Source: Lentimicrobiaceae bacterium (GTDB lineage Bacteria; Bacteroidota; Bacteroidia; Bacteroidales; F082). From it: a stretch of DNA of 64,000 nt. A program made the position numbers and the translations under genes. The stretch covers positions 4,436 through 68,435 of the forward strand of contig SUWU01000004.1 in NCBI GenBank assembly GCA_015061295.1, written 5' to 3'. Shown piece after piece: positions 1 to 8,860 of the stretch. How positions within the stretch are numbered: position 1 is the stretch's first letter; the number at the start of each line of letters is the position of its first letter. The notes below the pieces were generated by a model. That model worked only from the letters and a program-made list of their open reading frames with translations. It was not told the DNA's origin and searched no databases.

Positions 1-433
1 TCATACCACGTAATGAGTTATCGAAACCGAGCGACCATTCTTCGTAAGTTCTGAAGATGAAGCCATTACCGAATTGGTCGTAAATATCACCGAGGGTGAT
101 GCCTATAGTTCCGTTGTCGTATGATGCAAAATAGTTAGCTATACCACAACCCTCTAATCTCTTATCATAACCTGACATAGGAGGAAGGTATGCCTCATAA
201 CGAAGTCCTGCGGAGAAATTACCTAATGAATAATTGATCTTTCCAAATCCATTGATACCGAATTGAGGAACGCCTTTTTCCAACATATATTCCTCTGTGA
301 TACCAATGCCGTCATCTACCATATAATATTGACCGTCAATCTGGAAGCTACCATTGATTTGCGAGTTATCAAACTGAGCAAACAAGCCCGTGACGCTCAA
401 CACTAATATCGACAATAATAAAAACCTTTTCAT
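1..433 (-). CDS. DUF6029-like outer-membrane protein, N-terminal 144 codons (gene runs off the left edge)
   Basis: ATG (reverse complement) at 433-431. Signal peptide MKRFLLLSILVLSVTGLFAQ, then GSFQIDGQYY..AGLRYEAYLPP..IYDQFGNGFIFRTYE. Frame stays open to position 1. Absent from the ORF track because it is truncated. Confidence 0.6.
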   Translation of the reverse strand, partial: MKRFLLLSILVLSVTGLFAQFDNSQINGSFQIDGQYYMVDDGIGITEEYMLEKGVPQFGINGFGKINYSLGNFSAGLRYEAYLPPMSGYDKRLEGCGIANYFASYDNGTIGITLGDIYDQFGNGFIFRTYEEWSLGFDNSLRGM

Positions 434-451
434 TGTCCTCTTTTCTTAAAA

Positions 452-940
452 TTATTTACTGATATTTAAAATTTCTTGATAAAGTTCTTCTTCAGCACCT
501 TCAAAATAACCTGTGTGTTGATAGACCATCTTGCCATTACCATCGAACAAGAAAGTGTGAGGAGGGTTACTTACATTCATTGCTCTTGCAAGGTCTTTAT
601 TAACATCAAGTAAAACATCGAACTCCCAGCCTTTACCTTCTACGAAAGGTCTGATACGTGGTGTTGAACGTGAGTCGTCGATAGTGACAGCAAAGATTTT
701 AACTCCTGTCTCGTCTTGCCAATCTTGATAAATCTCGCTCAAAGCATTATGTTCTTTTATACATGGTGCACACCATGTTGCCCAGAATGTCATAACGAAA
801 GGCTTACCATCATTATTCAATTCTGTAATGTTGACAGTCTCTCCATCTAAGTTTTTAAGTGTTACATTTGGTAAATCAGATTGTGCTTTTGCGCCTAAGA
901 AAAGTACGCTTAAAAACAATAATACTAATGTCTTTTTCAT
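452..940 (-). CDS. TlpA/ResA-like thiol:disulfide oxidoreductase (secreted thioredoxin fold)
   Basis: Signal peptide plus thioredoxin motif FWATWCAPC. 162 aa. Confidence 0.85.
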   Translation of the reverse strand: MKKTLVLLFLSVLFLGAKAQSDLPNVTLKNLDGETVNITELNNDGKPFVMTFWATWCAPCIKEHNALSEIYQDWQDETGVKIFAVTIDDSRSTPRIRPFVEGKGWEFDVLLDVNKDLARAMNVSNPPHTFLFDGNGKMVYQHTGYFEGAEEELYQEILNISK

Positions 941-957
941 AATTTTAATAGTTAAAG

Positions 958-1944
958 TTATACAATATATACTTCTAAAATCTTACACTCTTCATGAGCT
1001 GTGATACTCACGTTTTTTATCAAATTAGGTACCAGAATACACTCACCAGCTTTAATATTTTCATCACCGCCTTCATACGATAAAGTGAAGTCACCTGCTA
1101 CCGACATCAATATCACAAAAGAATCCAACTCCGAATAATCTTTTTTCAGTGTCGCTTCGTGCAACTTGATAATATTGGTAGTAAAGTAAGGACATGATAC
1201 CAACTTAACAGTAGAATTAACAGTCTTCTTATCATAGACAGTCTTACTATCTGTATCTTTCTTAAATTCTATTGTAGCCAATGCCTCATCGATATGCAAC
1301 TGACGACGCATTCCGTAGCGATCTATTCTATCCCAATCATACACTCGATATGAGGTGTCGCTCGTCTGCTGTATCTCAGCCACCATACAACCTGCTCCGA
1401 GCGCATGTATCTTTCGTGCTGGGATAAAAAACACATCATCATTTTGTACTGAGACATAATTAAGTAGTTCCTCAACTTTGGTTTCTTTTATTGCTTGTTC
1501 AAATTCCTCTGGTGTCACGTCACGTTTAAATCCAGAGACTAATTTCGCACCTTTATCAGCGTTCATCACATACCACATCTCCGTCTTTCCATTTTCCAAT
1601 CCATTCTGATGAGCCAACTCATCATCAGGATGAACCTGTACCGACAAACTATCCAAAGGGTCGATAATCTTTATCAAAAGGGGAAAACGTTCACCAAATC
1701 TGTTGAAAACTTCCTCACCGACAAGATCTCCCATAAAAGTCTCTATCAAATCGTTAAGTTCATCTCCTGCAAAAGCGCCATTACTTACAATGCTGTTCTG
1801 TCCTTCTAAACCAGAAATAAGCCATGCCTCACCACAATTCATCAAATCTCCAAAATCCTGATTCAGCAATGTCTTTACATGTTGCCCGCCCCATATCTTC
1901 TCAAAATACGTAGGTGTAAACTTTAAAGGATATAATATACTCAT
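958..1944 (-). CDS. manA: Mannose-6-phosphate isomerase, type I
   Basis: LKFTPTYFEKIWGG and SVQVHPDD cupin metal-site motifs. 328 aa. Confidence 0.85.
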   Translation of the reverse strand: MSILYPLKFTPTYFEKIWGGQHVKTLLNQDFGDLMNCGEAWLISGLEGQNSIVSNGAFAGDELNDLIETFMGDLVGEEVFNRFGERFPLLIKIIDPLDSLSVQVHPDDELAHQNGLENGKTEMWYVMNADKGAKLVSGFKRDVTPEEFEQAIKETKVEELLNYVSVQNDDVFFIPARKIHALGAGCMVAEIQQTSDTSYRVYDWDRIDRYGMRRQLHIDEALATIEFKKDTDSKTVYDKKTVNSTVKLVSCPYFTTNIIKLHEATLKKDYSELDSFVILMSVAGDFTLSYEGGDENIKAGECILVPNLIKNVSITAHEECKILEVYIV

Positions 1945-1962
1945 GACAATTATATTGAGTTA

Positions 1963-1970
1963 CAAAAATA
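1963..1970 (-). promoter_or_regulatory. Candidate -7 box for manA
   Basis: Reverse complement tatttttg, 19 nt upstream of the start. Confidence 0.45.
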
Positions 1971-2017
1971 ATAATTTTCTTTTTTGTAGAAATAGTATTT
2001 TTTTAAAAATTAATTTT

Positions 2018-2025
2018 TACTTTTG
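2018..2025 (+). promoter_or_regulatory. Candidate Bacteroidota -7 box (TAnnTTTG) for the M20 amidohydrolase gene
   Basis: tacttttg, 124 nt upstream of the ATG. Array R1 would then lie in the 5' UTR. Confidence 0.3.
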
Positions 2026-2037
2026 ATGTTAATATCA

Positions 2038-2132
2038 GAGTTGCTGAGATGCTAAGTTGCTGAGATGCTAAGTCATTAAAAATCTTACTATCACAGCATC
2101 ATAGTAACTTAGCAACTTAGTAACTTAGTATC
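2038..2132. repeat. Word array R1: octamers GCTGAGAT/GCTAAGTT x4 plus an inverted arm (ACTTAGCA/ACTTAGTA)
   Basis: Read directly. The arms are imperfect reverse complements separated by about 30 nt. Confidence 0.9.
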
Positions 2133-2148
2133 TACAAAAAACGTTTAC

Positions 2149-3255
2149 ATGAAAACACTTGAATCATTACGACATAAGTTAAATAAAAACGCTGAATTGT
2201 CGGGACAAGAAAAGAATACAAATAAGATTATTAATAATTTTTTAGAGAAGACGAATCCCGATGTCCATTATAGAAATGTTGGCGGTTACGGAATTATAGT
2301 TATATATAAAGGTGCAGAAGAAGGAAAGAACATCTTGCTACGAGCCGACATCGATGGGTTGAATATACCTGGAGAGAGTCAATTTTCTCATCGTTGTGGG
2401 CATGATGGTCATGCGACGATATTATGTGGTTTGGCGATGCGTCTCGGCAAGAAACGTCCCGCAAAAGGAGATGTCATTCTTCTTTTCCAGCCTGCTGAAG
2501 AGACGGGAGAAGGCTCGCAGGCAGTCATCAACGACCCTTTGTTTCAGGGACTTAAAATAGATACAGCTTTCGCTTTGCATAATCTTCCTAGTTTTGCCAA
2601 ACATCAGATTGTGATAAAGAAAGACTGTTTCGCTTCAGCATCTTTAGGATTAAAACTTATTTTCGATGGCAAGACATCTCACGCCTCGCAACCTGAAAAT
2701 GGAAATAACCCTCAGAAAACCGTAACGACATTGCTCGATGCTTTTCAGAAGAAATATGAGAATCTATGTAACGACAAACATCACACTATTTTAACAGTGA
2801 CACATGTCGTTGTCGGAGAAGAGACTTTTGGAGTGACGCCAGGTCATGCCGAAATTTGGATGACGCTTAGAAGTCAAGACGACAAAGCGCTACAGAATCT
2901 GACAAATTATTGTATCGATTTATGCAGCCTTAAATCTAAAGAATCTAACCTAAGATTTTTATACAGCATACATGAATCCTTTGCCGCAACGATGAATACG
3001 ACAGAAGAAGTTGAGATTGTTAAACAAAGTGCTAAAGAATTAAAATTATCTATCAATGAAATAACAGATGCTTTTCCATGGTCGGAGGATTTCGGAAGAT
3101 TTGGAAGCATATGTCCGGTTTGTCTTTTCGGCTTAGGCTGCGGATTGGAACACGAGCCGCTTCATAGCCCGAGTTATGACTTTGAAGACGAGATTATTGA
3201 TACTGGCGTTGATGTATTTGAGAAGATAGTAGAAATTGAGGACCTTAAAATATAA
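2149..3255 (+). CDS. M20D-family amidohydrolase (N-acyl-amino-acid amidohydrolase-like)
   Basis: HRCGHDGH, LLFQPAEE and HSPSYDF motifs typical of the M20D peptidase/amidohydrolase family. Confidence 0.8.
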   Translation: MKTLESLRHKLNKNAELSGQEKNTNKIINNFLEKTNPDVHYRNVGGYGIIVIYKGAEEGKNILLRADIDGLNIPGESQFSHRCGHDGHATILCGLAMRLGKKRPAKGDVILLFQPAEETGEGSQAVINDPLFQGLKIDTAFALHNLPSFAKHQIVIKKDCFASASLGLKLIFDGKTSHASQPENGNNPQKTVTTLLDAFQKKYENLCNDKHHTILTVTHVVVGEETFGVTPGHAEIWMTLRSQDDKALQNLTNYCIDLCSLKSKESNLRFLYSIHESFAATMNTTEEVEIVKQSAKELKLSINEITDAFPWSEDFGRFGSICPVCLFGLGCGLEHEPLHSPSYDFEDEIIDTGVDVFEKIVEIEDLKI

Positions 3256-3260
3256 AAAAC

Positions 3261-3295
3261 GCAGCGATGATTTTATTTGTGTTTATCATCGCTGC
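3261..3295. terminator. Bidirectional hairpin between convergent genes
   Basis: Perfect 10-bp stem gcagcgatga / tcatcgctgc with a 15-nt loop. Confidence 0.6.
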
Positions 3296-3318
3296 ATTTC
3301 AAAATTATCTTTTGGTCA

Positions 3319-4287
3319 TCAATCTATAACCGGACGAATAGGATGTCCTCTATAACGAGGCTTATAAGTAGTATACACTTCTACACCATCGTTATAAGTG
3401 AAATAAAAAAGAACTCCCCATGCTGACTCATCTGCTCCCCCTCCATTCGTATAACCATCAATAGGAACAGAAGACATATATTCACCATATTCTCTGTATT
3501 CATCTTTGAAAGTAGAAGGAAGGAATATCGACTTCCCGTTAGATCCTGTTATCTTCATTCCCCATATTCCGTTCATTTCTACACGCTCCCACATACAGTT
3601 GTCACGCAACTCTCTAATTTCATCCATTGTCGGAATACGCCATTCTCCTCCCCAATTAGCTCGTGCTGCATCATACTGCGGATTTCCTGAAATATCATCA
3701 AATTCAACTCCCATTGTAATGCAGTTTTCTGACGTATATTCATCTTTCGGACTAATTTCTCCCCATGCGAATATGTCACCAAATCCACTTGGCAAATCAG
3801 CTCCCACGTTACATGTAGCCCATTTCAAACCAGATGGTAAACCAAGGTCGACATATTCATAGCCATTTATTTCTCCATCAGAATCATATTCATCGTCACT
3901 ACCGTTACTTTCTCCAAAATTCAATGTAGTAAAACTCATTTGTTCACTAAGAGTCATACCCACTTTATTACTCGCAAATGCTCTGACATAATATGTAGTA
4001 TTAGTCATCATTTCTGTTAGTCCCCATTCATAAACATTTGCTCCGGCAGGCTTTAGATGCTGGAGTGTTAGCCCAACACCATCTTCAGGAATCTCTTCTG
4101 TATCACAAAGAACACCACAAGTATAAATTTCCGCCCCACCATCATCAGTAATTTCGAAAACAACTTTCGCCGACATTGATGCAACATCTTTAATTTCTTT
4201 TATCACAACGGTTGGCAGTTCTGGTACAGGATCGCATGATATCAACAACAAACATGCGAACATAATTATCAATCCAAGTTTTTTCAT
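3319..4287 (-). CDS. Lipoprotein with Fn3-like N-domain and DUF1566/Lcl-C-terminal-like domain
   Basis: Lipobox LLISC. C-terminal YVDLGLPSGLKWATCNVGA..FAWGE..WRIPTMDEIRELRDNC..GSNGKSIFLP pattern common in Bacteroidales surface proteins. Confidence 0.6.
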   Translation of the reverse strand: MKKLGLIIMFACLLLISCDPVPELPTVVIKEIKDVASMSAKVVFEITDDGGAEIYTCGVLCDTEEIPEDGVGLTLQHLKPAGANVYEWGLTEMMTNTTYYVRAFASNKVGMTLSEQMSFTTLNFGESNGSDDEYDSDGEINGYEYVDLGLPSGLKWATCNVGADLPSGFGDIFAWGEISPKDEYTSENCITMGVEFDDISGNPQYDAARANWGGEWRIPTMDEIRELRDNCMWERVEMNGIWGMKITGSNGKSIFLPSTFKDEYREYGEYMSSVPIDGYTNGGGADESAWGVLFYFTYNDGVEVYTTYKPRYRGHPIRPVID

Positions 4288-4402
4288 AAAGTTTAATTTT
4301 ATAATTTTAATGGTGCAATATTAATAATAATAATAACAGTAAACAAATGATTTTTCTGAAAATTCAGTACAGTTAAGCTTGTTGAAGCTACTTTCAGAAA
4401 AA

Positions 4403-4437
4403 ACTTGTAGTTTTGTAGTCTTGTTGACTTGTAGTCT
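4403..4437. repeat. Word array R2: octamers CTTGTAGT/TTTGTAGT/CTTGTTGA
   Basis: Read directly. It ends 8 nt before the LOG -7 box. 19 nt of it recur, reverse-complemented, inside malQ (21482-21500). Confidence 0.9.
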
Positions 4438-4444
4438 TTTTTCT

Positions 4445-4452
4445 TATATTTG
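4445..4452 (+). promoter_or_regulatory. Candidate -7 box for the LOG-family gene
   Basis: tatatttg, 20 nt before ATG 4472. Confidence 0.5.
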
Positions 4453-4471
4453 CGAAATAAAATTACTCTAT

Positions 4472-5059
4472 ATGAAAGTTTGTATTTTCTGCGGAAGCAG
4501 TATGGGCAACGATGTAAGATACCAAGAGGCTGCTGCACACTTAGGCGAGGTTCTCGCACAGAATGATTGTACGTTATATTACGGTGGAGGAAATATCGGT
4601 CTCATGAAAATCATCGCTGACAAGATGATAGAGAAAGGGAAAGAAGTCATCGGCATAATAACGAAAGGCCTCATCGACATGGAGCTGGCTCATGATAACA
4701 TAACAAAACTCGTTGAAGTAGAGACAATGTCGGAACGTAAACTAATGTTAATAAACGACTCTGACAGTTTCATCGCGATGCCAGGTGGCTTTGGAACCTT
4801 AGACGAACTTTTTGAAATAGTCGTTCTCAACCAACTGTGCATCACCGACAAACCTGTAGCACTTTATAACACATTAAATTACTACGACAAACTAATAGAC
4901 TTCATCGACCACGCTGTAAGTGAAGGCTTCATCAGAAAAGAACATCGCGACAATATTATTGTCAGCGACAATCCAGAAGTTTTATTTAAAGAATTGAGCA
5001 GACATAAATCCATCGACATAAAACAATGGATTGAAGATATTAAAGAAGAAAGCAGATAA
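4472..5059 (+). CDS. LOG-family (TIGR00730) nucleotide 5'-monophosphate nucleosidase
   Basis: MKVCIFCGSS start and PGGFGTLDE motif. Start moved from 4379 to ATG 4472 because the TAnnTTTG box at 4445-4452 lies inside the longer ORF. Confidence 0.85.
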   Translation: MKVCIFCGSSMGNDVRYQEAAAHLGEVLAQNDCTLYYGGGNIGLMKIIADKMIEKGKEVIGIITKGLIDMELAHDNITKLVEVETMSERKLMLINDSDSFIAMPGGFGTLDELFEIVVLNQLCITDKPVALYNTLNYYDKLIDFIDHAVSEGFIRKEHRDNIIVSDNPEVLFKELSRHKSIDIKQWIEDIKEESR

Positions 5060-5113
5060 TTGACAATTAACAATTGACAATTAACAATTGACAATTAACA
5101 ATTAACAATTGAC
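5060..5113. repeat. Word array R3: heptamers TTGACAA/TTAACAA x7.7
   Basis: Starts the nucleotide after the LOG stop codon. Stop codons occur in all frames. Confidence 0.95.
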
Positions 5114-5142
5114 TTATTGATGTAGTAGATAACAATATAATC

Positions 5143-6180
5143 ATGAATATAATAGGAATCACAGGGACATTAGGTGCTGGAAAAGGCACAATAGTAGATT
5201 ATCTTGTAAAAGAAAAAGGCTACGTTCATTATTCGGTACGTTCTTTCATTGCTGAAGAAATACAAAGGAGAGGCTTGGAAGTGAACCGCGACACTCTCAC
5301 TGAAGTAGGCAACGACCTAAGAGCTAAACACTCGCCGAGTTATATAGCGACGCAGCTTTATGAGAGAGCTTTCGCCACGGGCAAAAACGCTGTGATAGAG
5401 AGCATCCGTGCTATAGGCGAAGTGAACGCCTTACGTTCTAAAGGCAACTTCTATCTCTTTGCCGTCGATGCCGACAGAGAAGTTCGTTATCAACGTATCA
5501 CAGAGAGAAAGTCGGAGACAGACCATGTGTCGTTTGAGACTTTCGTCGCCAACGAAGAACGCGAGATGAACTCCACCGACCCTAACAAACAGAATATAGC
5601 CGCATGTATCAAAGAGGCTAACTTCGTCTTTATGAACGATGGTAGCATAGATGACTTACATAAGAAAGTAGAAGAGGTCTTGCATAAAATTGGCGAGCAG
5701 GAATACAAACGACCTTCGTGGGACGAATATTTCATGAACCTCGCCGACACCGTAGCAGAACGCGCCACCTGTAACAGAGGTCGTAGCGGCTGTGTCATTG
5801 TGAAAGACCGTCAGATCTTAGTGACAGGTTACGTAGGCGCTCCAACAGGCTTGCCACACTGCGATGAGGTAGGACATTTGTTCAAGAAGATGATACACGA
5901 AGACGGACATATCACTCAACATTGTGTGAGGACGGTTCACGCTGAGCAGAACGCTATCGCTCAGGCAGCAAGAAGAGGCATCGCTTTGGAAGGAAGTACA
6001 TTATATTGCAGAATGACTCCATGTAGGACCTGCGCCATGTTGATAATAAACTGCGGAATCGTCAGAGTCGTCTGCCAAAGAAAATATCACGATTGCGCCG
6101 AGTCGGAGCAGATGTTTAAAACAGCAGGAATAAAATTGGAATATATCTACGAAGAAGTACAGCAGTACGATAAACAGTAA
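5143..6180 (+). CDS. Fusion protein: N-terminal P-loop nucleotide-kinase-like domain plus C-terminal zinc dCMP/cytidine deaminase domain
   Basis: Walker A GITGTLGAGKGT at residues 5-16. C-terminal half has SWDEYFM..HAEQNAI..PCRTCA (ComEB-type deaminase zinc site). Confidence 0.85.
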   Translation: MNIIGITGTLGAGKGTIVDYLVKEKGYVHYSVRSFIAEEIQRRGLEVNRDTLTEVGNDLRAKHSPSYIATQLYERAFATGKNAVIESIRAIGEVNALRSKGNFYLFAVDADREVRYQRITERKSETDHVSFETFVANEEREMNSTDPNKQNIAACIKEANFVFMNDGSIDDLHKKVEEVLHKIGEQEYKRPSWDEYFMNLADTVAERATCNRGRSGCVIVKDRQILVTGYVGAPTGLPHCDEVGHLFKKMIHEDGHITQHCVRTVHAEQNAIAQAARRGIALEGSTLYCRMTPCRTCAMLIINCGIVRVVCQRKYHDCAESEQMFKTAGIKLEYIYEEVQQYDKQ

Positions 6181-6296
6181 GTCTCTGACAATGACTCTGA
6201 CAATGACTTTGACAATGACTTTGACAATGACTCTGACAATGACTTTGACAATGACCTGAAGACTTGGTGACTTGGAGACTTGGAGACTTGGAGACT
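6181..6296. repeat. Word array R4: 12-mers CTGACAATGACT(C/T) x6, then octamers GACTTGG(T/A) x4.5
   Basis: Starts the nucleotide after the stop of the deaminase-fusion gene and is followed by TAAAAAAAA. Confidence 0.95.
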
Positions 6297-6303
6297 AAAA
6301 AAA

Positions 6304-6327
6304 ACGGACGACTTAATTGTCATCCGT
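6304..6327. terminator. Hairpin flanked by A-run and T-run, serving the deaminase-fusion gene (+) and tRNA-fMet (-)
   Basis: acggacgac ttaatt gtcatccgt (one mismatch), aaaaaaaa on the left and ttttt on the right. Confidence 0.6.
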
Positions 6328-6337
6328 TTTTCTTTTG

Positions 6338-6411
<74 letters not shown>

Positions 6412-6459
6412 TCATGAACTGCAAACTAAACAACGTTTTATCGTTTTTGTTTGAGACTG

Positions 6460-6467
6460 CAAAGATA
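6460..6467 (-). promoter_or_regulatory. Candidate -7 box for tRNA-fMet
   Basis: Reverse complement tatctttg, about 50 nt upstream of the tRNA 5' end. Confidence 0.45.
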
Positions 6468-6564
6468 AATCAACTTTCTTTACAAGTCAAGTTTTTTTTT
6501 AAAAAAAATATATACAACAAACCTTAAAGCCAAGTAGCAGATTATCAATATATTTTAAATTCAT

Positions 6565-7851
6565 CTATCTAAAAACGTCTAAATTAATTCCGTAAGTCCA
6601 TTCAATATAGTCGATGGAAGCTTTATGAACCTTCATGAAAGTGCCTACAAATTGATTACCTTTCTTTCCAAAATAATATTTGAAACCAAGTCTCTCGTAA
6701 TAGTTGGTATATGCACTTGGAAGATATTGGCTTTCGAAAGGTGATGTATCAGAGAGAGCCCATGATTTTTTCTCGTCTGTTCCGTTGTAAATGCCGTGAT
6801 ATAGGTAATATGACACTCCGATGCAGAAAGCGACTTTGTTATACAAGACCTCGAACATGGCAGAAGCTGCTAAGTGCATTGAGTTTATCGGGCGATATTC
6901 GCACAAAGGAATTTCTAAGACACCTTCTTCGTATTCATCTTTAGCTTGTAGATATTTCACTTTTGTCTCACCGGTATAGCAGAGATCTAAACCGACGTCA
7001 TATCTGAATATAGGGTGAAAATGACGTGAGACACCGACCCTAAAAGTGTTGCTGAAATAATATCCAGGCTCGCCTGAGATCTCTCCGTTACGTTTGGTGT
7101 TAGTCTGTAAAAATCCAGGTGCCTCGCTGAGGAAAATATATGTCTTCTTCTTAAACGGCTCCCATTCGCTGCGGGTAAACTCTTCTCTTCCGTTGATATT
7201 ATAGCGGCAATTCAGCTGATAACCATAGACATTGACACCATGATTAGGTAATACTATAGCACCGTTGGAAGAGTGTGCAAACCAGAAACGCAATCCTAAG
7301 TCCATGTTGCGACTTATTCTGAAAGTAGGTCCGACGTCAATTCCTAAATGGACATTCATTAAAGAACCTATGAACTCGTTGCCATATTTTGGCCAGAACG
7401 ACAAGCCAGCGAGAATGTCGTAGTCAAACGACCAATAGCGTCCTCTGTAGAAGTTGCCGTTGATAAAACCGCCTACCGAATAGCAATCGCCTATGGTGTT
7501 GATATATTCTGTAACAGGAAGTCCGTTGGCATCGCGATGTTCGTATTTTGCACTGTCGATAGTGTTATGCTCGTAGCGGAAGAAGAAACCGTAAGATGGA
7601 AAGTTAAAAAGTTGTTCCCATTCTTTCTCTCCTGTTGTCTGATAACCAACATGCAAGTCGAAGTTGTATTGATGACTCTCGGCGAGATAGTTGTGACGTT
7701 CCACGAAAGGAATATAGGTGCCGTAACGTACAGCTGGCTCTATATACCATTTGGAAAATTTATTCTTCGTATCGTCTTGAGCCTTTTCTTGAGCTAATGA
7801 AAATGACGTTATAAAAATAATTAAAAATGATAACAATAAAAATCTTTTCAT
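6565..7851 (-). CDS. Acyloxyacyl hydrolase / lipid A deacylase (PagL-like) outer-membrane protein
   Basis: Signal peptide, beta-barrel-like alternating pattern, and FAHSSNG (H-x-S-N catalytic motif of PagL-type deacylases). Confidence 0.6.
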   Translation of the reverse strand: MKRFLLLSFLIIFITSFSLAQEKAQDDTKNKFSKWYIEPAVRYGTYIPFVERHNYLAESHQYNFDLHVGYQTTGEKEWEQLFNFPSYGFFFRYEHNTIDSAKYEHRDANGLPVTEYINTIGDCYSVGGFINGNFYRGRYWSFDYDILAGLSFWPKYGNEFIGSLMNVHLGIDVGPTFRISRNMDLGLRFWFAHSSNGAIVLPNHGVNVYGYQLNCRYNINGREEFTRSEWEPFKKKTYIFLSEAPGFLQTNTKRNGEISGEPGYYFSNTFRVGVSRHFHPIFRYDVGLDLCYTGETKVKYLQAKDEYEEGVLEIPLCEYRPINSMHLAASAMFEVLYNKVAFCIGVSYYLYHGIYNGTDEKKSWALSDTSPFESQYLPSAYTNYYERLGFKYYFGKKGNQFVGTFMKVHKASIDYIEWTYGINLDVFR

Positions 7852-7873
7852 TACAAAATGTTTATTATTCGTG

Positions 7874-7881
7874 CAAAGATA
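7874..7881 (-). promoter_or_regulatory. Candidate -7 box for the PagL-like gene
   Basis: Reverse complement tatctttg, 23 nt upstream of the start. Confidence 0.45.
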
Positions 7882-7975
7882 AAAAATAAACAGTCTCTTA
7901 TTATTTTTTTCTTACAACTTACGAATGCAAAAGGATATTTTGTTACTTTGCAATCTGAGTTAAAAAATTTTCAAC

Positions 7976-8860
7976 ATGAATCACAGAGCAGGTTATGTAA
8001 ATATTATCGGAAAGCCAAATGTCGGAAAATCAACGCTTATGAACGAATTTGTAGGCGAGAAAATTTCTATCGTGACATCGAAAGCGCAGACTACAAGACA
8101 TCGTATTTTGGGTATTGTGAACGGCGATGAGTTCCAAATTGTGTTCTCTGATACGCCTGGAATCATAAAAAATCCCGCTTATAAGATGCACGAAGTGATG
8201 AATCAGTTTGTGAATGTGGCTTTCATCGATGCCGATTTGATACTTTATGTCGTCGATATCACAGATAAAAAAATCGACGAAAAGACGGTGGAGCGACTAC
8301 AAAAAATCAACGATATTCCTATCTTCGTTCTTTTAAACAAGATAGATTTATCCGATCAAGATGGAGTGACGAGCGCTGTCAATTTCTGGCAGAGTACACT
8401 TCCAGCAGCTACTATTTTCCCAATCTCCGCTCTTCATCACGCCAATATAAGTCACATCTTCGATTGTATCTTGGAGAAACTTCCGGAATGTCCGCCTTAT
8501 TTCCCTAAAGACGAGTTTACAGATAGGTCGATGCGTTTCTTTATTTCCGAGATAATAAGAGAGAAAATATTGCTCATCTATAAACAAGAGATTCCATATT
8601 CGGTAGAAGTCGTCGTTGATGCTTACGAAGAAAGCAAGAAGATGATTAATATCAGAGCTACCATCTATGCGGCTCGCGACTCGCAGAAAGCCATATTAAT
8701 AGGTAAGGCTGGCAGCGCTATCAAGAAACTCGGCATCATGGCAAGAGGCGACATCGAAGAGTTTACTGGTAAGAAGATATTCCTCGATCTTAACGTCAAA
8801 GTCAGCAAAGACTGGCGCGACAATGAAGAAGAGCTGAGAAATTTCAGTTATGATTTTTAA
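7976..8860 (+). CDS. era: GTPase Era
   Basis: G1 GKPNVGKST, G3 DTPG, G4 NKID, C-terminal KH domain. 294 aa. Confidence 0.95.
   Translation: MNHRAGYVNIIGKPNVGKSTLMNEFVGEKISIVTSKAQTTRHRILGIVNGDEFQIVFSDTPGIIKNPAYKMHEVMNQFVNVAFIDADLILYVVDITDKKIDEKTVERLQKINDIPIFVLLNKIDLSDQDGVTSAVNFWQSTLPAATIFPISALHHANISHIFDCILEKLPECPPYFPKDEFTDRSMRFFISEIIREKILLIYKQEIPYSVEVVVDAYEESKKMINIRATIYAARDSQKAILIGKAGSAIKKLGIMARGDIEEFTGKKIFLDLNVKVSKDWRDNEEELRNFSYDF

Noticed and set aside
2038-2132. Inverted repeats flanking a short segment between divergent genes could be a Bacteroidales-type invertible promoter (inverton).
   Set aside because: The segment between the arms is only about 30 nt with no recognisable promoter inside it. 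No site-specific recombinase is nearby. The arms are made of the same word units found all over the window.
4379-4471. 5'-extended versions of ORFs exist in the track (4379, 19637, 25961, 30262, 45564, 56232, 60351).
   Set aside because: The extensions run through promoter boxes, repeat arrays or the upstream gene. Conserved N-termini or signal peptides begin at the internal Met chosen in the feature list.
5060-5113. TTGACA words in the heptamer arrays could act as sigma-70 -35 promoter elements.
   Set aside because: The organism shows Bacteroidota-type TAnnTTTG -7 boxes. No TATAAT-like -10 follows at proper spacing. TTGACA simply recurs as part of the repeat unit.
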